Shown: piece after piece, positions 29,995 to 38,049 of the stretch
Layout: each line of letters begins with the position of its first letter
Position numbering within the stretch: the first letter of the stretch is position 1
Assembly (NCBI GenBank): GCA_963655255.1
Contig: CAVKEB010000007.1
Coordinates: forward strand, 13,026 to 77,025
Direction: 5' to 3'
Source of the DNA: a bacterium
GTDB lineage: Bacteria > Bacillota > Clostridia > Lachnospirales > Lachnospiraceae
Length of the DNA: 64,000 bases
Made by a program: the position numbers and the translations under genes
Notes under the pieces: generated by a model
Told to the model about the DNA's origin: nothing
Databases searched by the model: none
The model's input: the letters and a program-made list of their open reading frames with translations, nothing else

Positions 29995-30006
29995 TTTTCA
30001 ATCAAA

Positions 30007-30048
30007 AGAAAAGCCCTCAGAAACATTGATTTCTCAACATTTCTGAGG
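30007..30048 (-). terminator. Stem-loop downstream of tRNA-Pro
   Basis: CCTCAGAAA...TTTCTGAGG inverted repeat followed by CTTTTCTTTT on the minus strand. Confidence 0.6.
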
Positions 30049-30058
30049 ACCCACACCA

Positions 30059-30132
30059 TCGAGGCGACAAGATTCGAACTTGCGGCCTCCGCGTCCCGAA
30101 CGCGGCGCTCTACCAAACTGAGCCACGCCTCG
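30059..30132 (-). tRNA. tRNA-Pro (anticodon CGG), CCA not encoded
   Basis: CGAGGCG acceptor stem, GCTCAGTTTGGTAGAGC D arm, CCGCG-TTCGGGA-CGCGG anticodon arm, GTTCGAATC T loop. Confidence 0.97.
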
Positions 30133-30175
30133 ATTTATTTCTGCTCCCGCGATCCTTTCGCCCGAAGCGAAGATT

Positions 30176-30204
30176 ATCATACAATACAATTCTATCTGCG
30201 TCAA
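30176..30204 (-). promoter_or_regulatory. Sigma-A promoter of tRNA-Pro
   Basis: TTGACG-17 nt-TATGAT. Confidence 0.7.
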
Positions 30205-30410
30205 GCCCGATTTTACATTTCGGGTCTTTGTCATCCCTTATAAGCTATTTCTTCTCTTGGTACACCGTTATAAACCACGTTGACTCTTCGCTCATTCCGG
30301 TCCTGTTCCTTTGCCCGTGCTTTCTTCCGACATTCATCCTGCATCATGCCGGAAACACCACCGCTTTCCGGTCCAGAACGGAACACCTCAAAATTTCAAA
30401 GGTCTCTTCC

Positions 30411-31679
30411 TTAATTGGAGACCAGCTTCATCTCCATCTGTTCGAAGTCATATTCCGCCTGCTCTTCCGGGGTCCAGGACTTCCTCCCGGCGCTCTTTTT
30501 ATCTGCTTTCTTTCTTCCTGCGGCATTCCCGGAGGGTTCTGCCGGTTTCCGTGCGTTTTTACGACCACCGGTTCCATTGTCCGGTTTCTCCAGATCTTCC
30601 CCGGAGCTCTCCGACTCTGCGGAAGACTTCTGCTCCTGCGGATTGCAGGTAAAATTCTTCTCGCAAGCCGCCTTCAGCCACCCGGTGCGATTCAGAATCT
30701 TCTGCTTCTGCCTGCAGAGCATGTCATATTTTTCCCGTACCAGCGCCGCATTGTAATGTGCGGAATCACAGATGGAGCGGACATCATTCAGCGTAAAATC
30801 GCCGTCAAGAATATCCAGCACTTCCAGCACAACAGCCTTCTTCTCCGCTTCCGAAAGCTGCCCCGGTTCATCCAGCACGAGAATCTTCTCGTCCGCGTTC
30901 TCTTTTCGCGAAACGGCAAAACGGATTGCCCGGACCGCTCCGTGTGCCGCCTTGACGGGTTCATAATCCACATGCAGCGACGTAATCTCATTGATCTCCG
31001 TTGTCGCACGGTCCAGTACGCGCTTCCGGAAATCCGAATAGACCTTAAACGGCTCATTTGCCTTCTCGCCACGGGAGGCCTTCACCGGAATCACTCCGAT
31101 CAACTTGCGGAGCTCCTGATAATCATAGGTGATGTAATAGATCGGGCCGTTGTTCCCCGTGATGGCCCGCTCCTTGTCAATTTCACTCTTGAACACCTCA
31201 TAGAGCTTGATGGAATAGGACGAAGTCAACCGGACCACCTGATCAATCGACAGGACGGTATAATCCCCCTGCAGGTTATAAATATCATTCGTGATGCTCT
31301 TATTGTATTCCAGCCGGAGTTCTCCGTTTTCGAATGCCGCGTTGGTGATGACATTGATGCCTTCGATCCGCTGGTTCGCATCGTCCTGCTTATAGATGCG
31401 CCAGTCCAGGATGGATGCCTTCCGGTCGCTGGTCGGCTTGATGATCTCCTTCACCTGCGTGTAAAAGGAGCCGGAATTGGTACGAAAAATCCGCCGCAGC
31501 TCCGACAGCGTAATCACGGAAGTCAGGGATCCGTCCTCATTGACCTTCAGGTTCCGGATCCCGATATCAAAGAGCTTCAGTCCCATCGCCGGAGATTTCC
31601 CCTTCGCATTGATGATCTTGTTACTCTTGGAATACGTCAGCTCATTGCTGAGTTCGTTCTTTTTCTTTGCTCGTGGCAT
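30411..31679 (-). CDS. Rep_3 family (RepB-type, iteron-binding) replication initiator protein
   Basis: KSNKIINA N-terminus, LTSSYSIKLYEVFK, ELRKLIG, YSDFRKRVLDRATTEINE (WH1/WH2 signatures); start MPRAK at 31679. Confidence 0.85.
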   Translation of the reverse strand: MPRAKKKNELSNELTYSKSNKIINAKGKSPAMGLKLFDIGIRNLKVNEDGSLTSVITLSELRRIFRTNSGSFYTQVKEIIKPTSDRKASILDWRIYKQDDANQRIEGINVITNAAFENGELRLEYNKSITNDIYNLQGDYTVLSIDQVVRLTSSYSIKLYEVFKSEIDKERAITGNNGPIYYITYDYQELRKLIGVIPVKASRGEKANEPFKVYSDFRKRVLDRATTEINEITSLHVDYEPVKAAHGAVRAIRFAVSRKENADEKILVLDEPGQLSEAEKKAVVLEVLDILDGDFTLNDVRSICDSAHYNAALVREKYDMLCRQKQKILNRTGWLKAACEKNFTCNPQEQKSSAESESSGEDLEKPDNGTGGRKNARKPAEPSGNAAGRKKADKKSAGRKSWTPEEQAEYDFEQMEMKLVSN

Positions 31680-31774
31680 CACTTTTCTCCCGGCCGACGG
31701 CCCGATTCCGTGCCCGCCGCAGGTTTCCTTCCTGCTCCGGGTTTCCGAATAAATAAAATCACCTCTGATATCTG

Positions 31775-32701
31775 TCCGTATTTGTCCACAGGAGACGTTT
31801 ACAGAACACATGTTTGTCAATATCTGACATCTTACGCTTCGAATCCAATTTTGACAAGATCTGGAGCCCATCTTTGTCCATATCTGGTACCTTTTATATC
31901 GTTTTTATGCCTCGCTGAGGCAAAATCCGTGCTATCAGAGAGAAGATGTCATCAGACATCTTCGAGTGCAGCGGTTTTGCCGAATGCGGCAGCCGGTGCT
32001 TCAGCACCGATGCTGCTGTTTGAAAGCGACATATCAATGTCACTTTCAAACGCGCCCCTTTTCAGTCCGTATCTGTCCACTTCTGATGCAGCTGTGGACA
32101 ATCCCGGATTTATTTCGATGGGTGGACAAATATGGATTCATTTTCATGCGGGGAGCGTGCTTATCCCTGCTCCTGTCCGTACTGACAAATACTCTCGGGG
32201 AAATATTCGTGCTGAACAATCCTTGGGAGAGCATCTGCCCTCCGTTTCCCGATATTTTCCGGCACTTCTTCTCCAATCATTCATCGGAAAATCCATGATC
32301 GTTCCGCAGAAAGTCCGTATCTGTCCACACCTGCCTTTTAGCTATGGACAACTTCGGATTTATGCAAAGAGCAGTCCCTCCGTTTCCCGGTATTTTCTGG
32401 TACTTCTTCTCCGATTATTCATCGAGAAATTCATGATCATTCATCAAAGAATTCCATATCTGTCCACATCTGCATTCCAGCTATGGACAATTCCAGATTT
32501 ATTTGGAAGATTGGACGGCTGCGGATAAAACTACCTGTGGACAAATACGGATTCCGGATCTGTCCCCCGCTGCATCCGTCTCTGTCCGTATCCGGTTCCA
32601 TTTTTGTCCACCTCTGGGATCCGCTGCCCGCTGTTCCTGCGTCCGTCTTCGTCCATTTCTGAATCCGGTTTTGTCCTCTGCACCGCCCGTTTTTGTCCAT
32701 A
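31775..32701. repeat. Iteron-like repeat field (consensus TCCRTATYTGTCCAYA) upstream of rep
   Basis: Forward copies at about 31775, 32066, 32314, 32453, 32553, 32575, 32597, 32664, 32686; reverse copies at about 32093, 32122, 32343, 32482, 32536. Confidence 0.8.
31905..32051 (-). repeat. Modular palindromic repeat family, copy d
   Basis: TTATGCCTCGCTGAGGCAAAATCC...GAAGATGTC/GACATCTTC...TTTTGCCGAATGCGGCAGC...TTTGAAAGCGACATATCAATGTCACTTTCAAAC, sitting inside the iteron field. Confidence 0.95.
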
Positions 32702-32711
32702 TCTGAAAGCC

Positions 32712-32745
32712 AAAAGTGCCGGAAACATCGCGTTTCCGGCACTTT
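32712..32745 (-). terminator. Probable intrinsic terminator of the MATE gene
   Basis: AAAGTGCCGGAAAC...GTTTCCGGCACTTT perfect inverted repeat. Confidence 0.7.
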
Positions 32746-32804
32746 CTAACAAGAATAATATTGTTGTAAATTGAAAAAACGTTGTTGTTATTACGGCTTC
32801 TCCC

Positions 32805-34130
32805 TTAATCCTCTTCCTCCGGTAAAGGCCTCCCGCGGTCTGTCATCTGCTTGATCACAAAGGCAATCACGCCGGAGAGGACCTGGGAGCAGGGAACCGC
32901 AATCCACACACCGCCAAGGCCCAGCTTCCGCGGCAGAAGAAGGCACGCGGCAAAGGACAGAACCGGTTCGGTATACACCAGAATGTAGGACAATGCCGCC
33001 TTCTCCGTCGCATACAGATACGAGGTTGTAACACGGATGAAGGCAACGAAGATGAGGGTCCCCAGGAACAGTGGAAGCCGCTTTTCCACTTCCAGGCAGG
33101 TCTCCGCCGAGGCTCCGAACAAAACGCCCACCTGTCCCCGCGCGAGGAACAGGCCAGCCATGCATACCACGGTGATGACTCCCGCCGTAAGATACGCCAT
33201 CGCGCGGTAGGTTCTGGCAAGCGGAAGATTTCCCTCTCCATAGTGCTCGCTGATGATCGGCTGACTTCCGTCACCGACGCCCTGCAGGAGCAGATAGATC
33301 ACCGCCACCACGTAATCAATGCATCCGTAGACGGCAACCGCCTGTTCTCCGCCGTACATCAGAAGGAAACGGTTCATGAGAACCAGCGTCACCGTCGGAG
33401 AGAGCGTCATGCCGAACGGTGCGATTCCAACCTTGATCATCGTTCCCCAGATCCGCAGCATCTCTCCTAGTCCCGGAAGGCGCAGCCCCGGCTTTTTCCG
33501 GATCAGAAATAGAATGGCCGCCACCGTCGTTGTGGCCTGCCCGATCACCGTGGCCCATGCGGCCCCCGCCATCCCGAACGGGAATTTCCACACGAAAACG
33601 TAGTCCAGAATGATGTTGACCACGAACCCGAGGATCATGGAGACCATGGCATAGGTCGTGCCGCCCATGTTCCGGATGAACGGGACCAGCCCCGTTGCCA
33701 AGAGCTGCAGAATCGTCCCGATCGCGAGCACGCGGACATAATCTGCCGTCATTTCCAGAAGATCCCCCTCCGCTCCGAGGAATCCGAGAATCGGATACAG
33801 CTGCGAAAGGAACAGAATCGTCAGCACGATACTGACCAGCGTCAGGAACAGAAGTGCCGCTGTGTAGCATTTTTCCTGGTCTTCCTTCCGTCCCTGCGCC
33901 CCCCAGATCGTATAGCGGATGGCTCCCGCGAGACCGAGCCCTGTCCCGACGGCCTGAATCAGGACCGCCAGAGGATACCCGATCGTCACCGAGGCAAGGC
34001 CCGCGTCACCGAGGCACTGCCCGATGAAAAAACCATCGACGATGCTGTAAACTCCCGCAAGCGCAAAGGCCAGGACGGATGGGATTACGAAGGAATAGTA
34101 TTCTTTTTTCTGTCTGGACGTCATTTTCAA
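32805..34130 (-). CDS. MATE family efflux transporter
   Basis: YSIVDGFFIG, NIILDYVFV, GMAGAAWATVIGQ; about 12 TMs. Confidence 0.93.
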   Translation of the reverse strand: MKMTSRQKKEYYSFVIPSVLAFALAGVYSIVDGFFIGQCLGDAGLASVTIGYPLAVLIQAVGTGLGLAGAIRYTIWGAQGRKEDQEKCYTAALLFLTLVSIVLTILFLSQLYPILGFLGAEGDLLEMTADYVRVLAIGTILQLLATGLVPFIRNMGGTTYAMVSMILGFVVNIILDYVFVWKFPFGMAGAAWATVIGQATTTVAAILFLIRKKPGLRLPGLGEMLRIWGTMIKVGIAPFGMTLSPTVTLVLMNRFLLMYGGEQAVAVYGCIDYVVAVIYLLLQGVGDGSQPIISEHYGEGNLPLARTYRAMAYLTAGVITVVCMAGLFLARGQVGVLFGASAETCLEVEKRLPLFLGTLIFVAFIRVTTSYLYATEKAALSYILVYTEPVLSFAACLLLPRKLGLGGVWIAVPCSQVLSGVIAFVIKQMTDRGRPLPEEED

Positions 34131-34225
34131 CCTTTCCTTCCATTCTCCTTTTTTGGGGGCGGCAATATTTCCCCCATAATGTCAAAAAGCGGGCCCCCGT
34201 ATCACCGGGTGCCCGTATGTATTCT

Positions 34226-35779
34226 CTATTTATACCGTTTTTCCGTACTTTTGTCAAAATTGCCTGCATTTTCCCGGTATTCCAGTGGCGTCATATTCGT
34301 GTATTTCCGGAATTTTTTATAGAAGTAGTCCACATTCCGGTAGCCGACCCGCTCCGAGATCTCGTAGATATGGAGATTTCCCCTTGCAATCATGGACGCC
34401 GCATGCCGGATCCGGACGCGGTCCAGATAGGTATTGAAACTTTCACCGGTTTTTCGCGCGAAAAGCTTTCCCAGATAGGAACTGCTGTAGCCGAACAAAG
34501 GAGCCAGTGTCTCCAGCTTCAGGCTCTTCTCATAATTATGGTCAATGTAGTACAGAATATCGGTCATGATGTCCGAATTTCCGGACGAGGAGCACAGATT
34601 CAGCTGCTCCGAGAAATAACGGATGATTTCGTACAGGTAATCCTTCTGTTCGATTGCCAGAATAACCTCCCGATTGGCCGGGAGCAGTGCGTCCGTCTGG
34701 AAATCGCTGCGGATCAGCTTCTGCTTGATCTGCAGAAAGAGATCCACCATCATCTGACGAATGGCCTCTTCCTCGGCGTGCGAGAGGAACAATTCCTCTT
34801 CCAACTGTTCCAGATCCTCCGCCAGCCGGTACCGGTTATGGGCCAGGATACTGTCCGTCAGTCTCTCCGCGTTTTCTTCCACAAGCGGAAGTCGCGTTGC
34901 TGCCCCGGGGTCCGGAAGCTCCGAATAGGAGAGCACGTGCTGAAACGGACTGCAGAAAAACCGCCGCTTCTGGAGTTTTTTCACATCCTCAAAGGAGAGC
35001 GGCAGCTCCTCCAGAGAAGTCACCGCCCTCCCGTAGATCAGGAAAATGCCATCCAGCGGGGAACCGGCCTCCGGAAGCGTCTGGTAATGCGTCAAAAGAC
35101 GGTGAAACCGCCGGATGATGGATGTTCCCTTGAGCAGCAGATATTCTTCTCCATTCATCATCACGCAGTCCATCGCCGTATCTGCGTCCCGTGCCGAACT
35201 CGCCAGAATTTCCCGAAGATCCCAGGGGATTCTCGCCATGTCTTTATTGTATTTCTCATAAAAAACAACCATGTACTGATCCGCATTCAGCGACAGGTCC
35301 GTAAGGTCATAGGAAGCCGGGGCCGCCTGCCTTGTCATCAGCTTCATCAGGATCTCACCCCTGGCGTTTTCCCGGTACTGCGTCAGCTTGTTCTCCATGC
35401 TCTGATGCTGCAGAATCTCATTGCGCACCTTCACGACCGCGGCAGCCAGATCGTCCTCATCCACCGGCTTCACGAGATAGTCGCTGACGCCCAGACCGAC
35501 CGCCGTCTGCGCATAGCTGAAATCCGAATAGCCGCTCAGAATAATGAATCGTCCCCGGTATCCGTTCTCTCTTGCCCGTTCAATGATTTCAAAGCCGGTG
35601 TACTGCGGCATCCGGATGTCCAGAAGCACCAGCTCCGGATCATAGACCCGGATTTTCTGCAGTGCTTCCTCTCCGCTTCTGGCATCGCTGCACACCGTAA
35701 ATCCCAGCTTTTCCCAATGTATGATCTTCTTGAGGCCAAGAAGGACCTCTTCTTCATCGTCCGCAATCAGAACATTCAT
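34226..35779 (-). CDS. YesN-type response regulator (REC + AraC)
   Basis: VLIADDE, LLDIRMP, DYLVKP; C-terminal AraC double HTH. Confidence 0.93.
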   Translation of the reverse strand: MNVLIADDEEEVLLGLKKIIHWEKLGFTVCSDARSGEEALQKIRVYDPELVLLDIRMPQYTGFEIIERARENGYRGRFIILSGYSDFSYAQTAVGLGVSDYLVKPVDEDDLAAAVVKVRNEILQHQSMENKLTQYRENARGEILMKLMTRQAAPASYDLTDLSLNADQYMVVFYEKYNKDMARIPWDLREILASSARDADTAMDCVMMNGEEYLLLKGTSIIRRFHRLLTHYQTLPEAGSPLDGIFLIYGRAVTSLEELPLSFEDVKKLQKRRFFCSPFQHVLSYSELPDPGAATRLPLVEENAERLTDSILAHNRYRLAEDLEQLEEELFLSHAEEEAIRQMMVDLFLQIKQKLIRSDFQTDALLPANREVILAIEQKDYLYEIIRYFSEQLNLCSSSGNSDIMTDILYYIDHNYEKSLKLETLAPLFGYSSSYLGKLFARKTGESFNTYLDRVRIRHAASMIARGNLHIYEISERVGYRNVDYFYKKFRKYTNMTPLEYRENAGNFDKSTEKRYK

Positions 35780-35909
35780 CTTCGTCTCTCTTTCTGCTCC
35801 GCCTGCCCCTGTGAAAGACTCCCTGTTTCTATTCCATTCTGCGGCGGATTTTCATCCCCACAACATCCCTTCACAGATCCGTGGTTCTTCGAACCCAAAC
35901 CATCAGCAT

Positions 35910-37703
35910 CTAAACCATCAGCACCGGAAGCTTCAGGATCACGGTTGTGCCTTCCCCTTTCCTGCTGTCGATGGTCATACCGTAGGTCTCTCCATAGCGG
36001 AGCCGGATTCTTCGCTCGATGTTGGAAAGGCCGATGCTCTTTTTCGGGATCTCCTCCTGATTCTTCATCATCTCCCGCAGGTGCTCCAGTTCTTCCTCTG
36101 TCATTCCTTCTCCGTTGTCCGTGATCCGGATCCGGAGATCGTCTTCCTCCTCCACGCAGATCACCAGCTCCCCATGGTCCGTGATGCCCTCCAATCCGTG
36201 CAGAACCGCGTTCTCCGCAATCGGCTGCAGGAGGAACGGCATGATTTTCAGCTGTTCCGTATCAATGCCGTCCGCCACGCGGATTTCATAGTTCACCCGG
36301 TCCTTGAACCGGAGCTTCTGAATCTGCAGGTACAGCTCCATATAGGAGAGTTCCCTTTTCAGTGTGGTCTCCGTCTCCCCCATGCTCTCCAGCGCATAGT
36401 GAAGATATTTTCCCAGAAGCTTGATGGCATTGGCCACCTCGTGATCGTCCTCAATGAAAGCCTTCATGCGGATGCTTTCCAATGTGTTGTAGAGAAAATG
36501 CGGATTGATCTGACTCGCCAGCACGCGGTATTCGATCTGCTGCTGCCGGTTCTCCAGCTCCTGCTGCCGGTTGATGAGCTGCTGCTCCCGCAGCCTTGCC
36601 CGGTAGATGTCCGCCTCCTTTTCCTGAATCTCATGAATCACCAGCTTCATATCCCGGAAGGTTTCCGACAGCTCATCATCCCCACGGTAGACCTCCATGA
36701 CATTGTAATCGCCCTGGCTCGCCTGATGCATCGCCATCCGGAGCACATCAATCCGCGCGGAGAAATACCCGGTATAGAAATACAGGAGAAAGCAGGGGAT
36801 CAGAAACGCCGCGAGAACGAGCAGCGCATACAGAAGAGTCTGATGAAGAATATCGTACCAGGCTTTCCCGCTGTAAGTCAGCGCATAGATGAAGTCGTCG
36901 CACCGGTACGGGATCAGCGTGGTGACCGAGGTGACATAGCGCTTCCCCCGGATCTGTTCCACCCTCGCCATCTGGTAATACTGCTCACTGGTAAGATTCC
37001 CCAGCGGAAAATCCTCTTCCTGTGCAAGATCTCCTCCGTTATAGAAGCATTTGTCTCCGTTTACGGTAATGACGCTCGGCATGTAGCTGTTCTTCAGACG
37101 ATTGTTCAGATAATTCGCACTGACGGTAAGCTTGAGAATCGCAAAATCCCCGGAAAGCGGAATCGGAATCAGCCGGTACAGACACAGCACATAGGCTGTT
37201 CTTACGTTTTCCGGTGCCTTCTCCGTACACCAGACGGCGTTTCGCGTGCGGGTGACCGACTGATACCAGTCCGTCTGCTGAACCTGCGCATCACAGAAAA
37301 CAAAACAGGAATGCCCAGCCAGCTTCTCATTATTCGTATAAACCGTAATGCTGCTGAGGGAGCTCTCCTGTCCCAGAATCTTCTTGACCGCTCCGTAGCC
37401 GTCCGCGCTTTTCCGTGCATCCTGTTCCGACGAATAGGATTCGGACAGAAGAGATACCAGGTCCCCATCGGAAATAAAACGGTCGGAAAGAGAATACAGA
37501 TTGGTTGTGAGATCAAACAGAACAGAGCGCACCCGCAGATTCTCCTGCCGGACCAGCTCCTGGTAATGCGCCGTCAATTTCCGGTAAGATCCGAAAACCA
37601 GGAAAAATCCCAGAATCATAATAGGAACAGAAAAAAACAGCAGAAGCCGGGAAAACATCTGCCTCTGAATCCGAATATTGTGAAATAGTTTGTCCTGTTT
37701 CAA
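35910..37703 (-). CDS. YesM-type sensor histidine kinase
   Basis: Two TMs, HAMP, SQINPHFLYNTLE, ENAVLHG, DNGEG. TTG start at 37703 with an SD supplied by repeat copy e. Confidence 0.93.
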   Translation of the reverse strand: MKQDKLFHNIRIQRQMFSRLLLFFSVPIMILGFFLVFGSYRKLTAHYQELVRQENLRVRSVLFDLTTNLYSLSDRFISDGDLVSLLSESYSSEQDARKSADGYGAVKKILGQESSLSSITVYTNNEKLAGHSCFVFCDAQVQQTDWYQSVTRTRNAVWCTEKAPENVRTAYVLCLYRLIPIPLSGDFAILKLTVSANYLNNRLKNSYMPSVITVNGDKCFYNGGDLAQEEDFPLGNLTSEQYYQMARVEQIRGKRYVTSVTTLIPYRCDDFIYALTYSGKAWYDILHQTLLYALLVLAAFLIPCFLLYFYTGYFSARIDVLRMAMHQASQGDYNVMEVYRGDDELSETFRDMKLVIHEIQEKEADIYRARLREQQLINRQQELENRQQQIEYRVLASQINPHFLYNTLESIRMKAFIEDDHEVANAIKLLGKYLHYALESMGETETTLKRELSYMELYLQIQKLRFKDRVNYEIRVADGIDTEQLKIMPFLLQPIAENAVLHGLEGITDHGELVICVEEEDDLRIRITDNGEGMTEEELEHLREMMKNQEEIPKKSIGLSNIERRIRLRYGETYGMTIDSRKGEGTTVILKLPVLMV

Positions 37704-37706
37704 GCC

Positions 37707-37752
37707 AATACCTCGCTGAGGCAGCCGGTGCGGCAGCAACGATGCTGCAGTT
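37707..37752 (-). repeat. Modular palindromic repeat family, copy e (internally deleted)
   Basis: ATACCTCGCTGAGGCAGCCGGTGCGGCAGCAACGATGCTGCAGTT; the central stem is missing between two GGCA microhomologies. Confidence 0.85.
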
Positions 37753-37824
37753 CCTCCCCGCCTACTGCCATTATATCGAAAGCTCCCTTACGTCAAAACT
37801 GCAATAATCCGCCTTTTTTCCTGT

Positions 37825-37873
37825 AAAAAACAGACCGCGGCCCGATCTCTCGGGGCCGCAGCCTGTTCTTTTT
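37825..37873. terminator. Intrinsic terminator (possibly bidirectional) after the SBP gene
   Basis: A-tract, ACAGaCcGCGGCCC...GGGCCGCaGcCTGT, T-tract. Confidence 0.7.
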
Positions 37874-37880
37874 CCGTTTT

Positions 37881-37998
37881 AAGTTTGAAAGCGACATCGA
37901 TATGTCACTTTCAAGCAGCAGCATCGGTGCTGACGCACCGGCTGCCACATTCGGCAAAACCGGCTTCGCGGTTTTTGCCTCAGTGAGGAAAGTTTGAA
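37881..37998 (+). repeat. Modular palindromic repeat family, copy f
   Basis: AGTTTGAAAGCGACATCGATATGTCACTTTCAAG...TTCGGCAAAACC...TTTTGCCTCAGTGAGG, followed by the start of another unit (AGTTTGAA). Confidence 0.92.
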
Positions 37999-38049
37999 AA
38001 ACACCGTCTTTGAATCAGAATCCCTGCGGAACCTTTTCCGGCGTCCTCA

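Noticed and set aside
30228..32528. 766-aa + strand ORF spanning rep and the iterons
   Set aside because: Antisense to the Rep_3 gene, then runs through non-coding repeats; no SD or domain evident.
31775..32701. TGTCCACA cluster as the chromosomal oriC
   Set aside because: No dnaA, dnaN or rpmH nearby, no perfect TTATCCACA, and the conserved unit extends to 16 bp next to a Rep_3 gene, so iterons fit better.
29305..32750. Intact integrative element or prophage at tRNA-Pro
   Set aside because: No integrase, relaxase, phage genes or duplicated att visible; rep lies on the 5' side of the tRNA.
35897..35923. 12-bp direct repeat AAACCATCAGCA at the kinase stop (and CGCGTGAAACC twice at about 19109-19132)
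   Set aside because: Short local duplications with no inserted element between them; no function supportable.
34079..37688. Long + strand ORFs 34079..36124 and 35721..37688 (similarly 46688..48265, 52060..53739, 57257..58483, and minus-strand 12063..13445)
   Set aside because: Shadow frames of clearly identifiable genes on the opposite strand.
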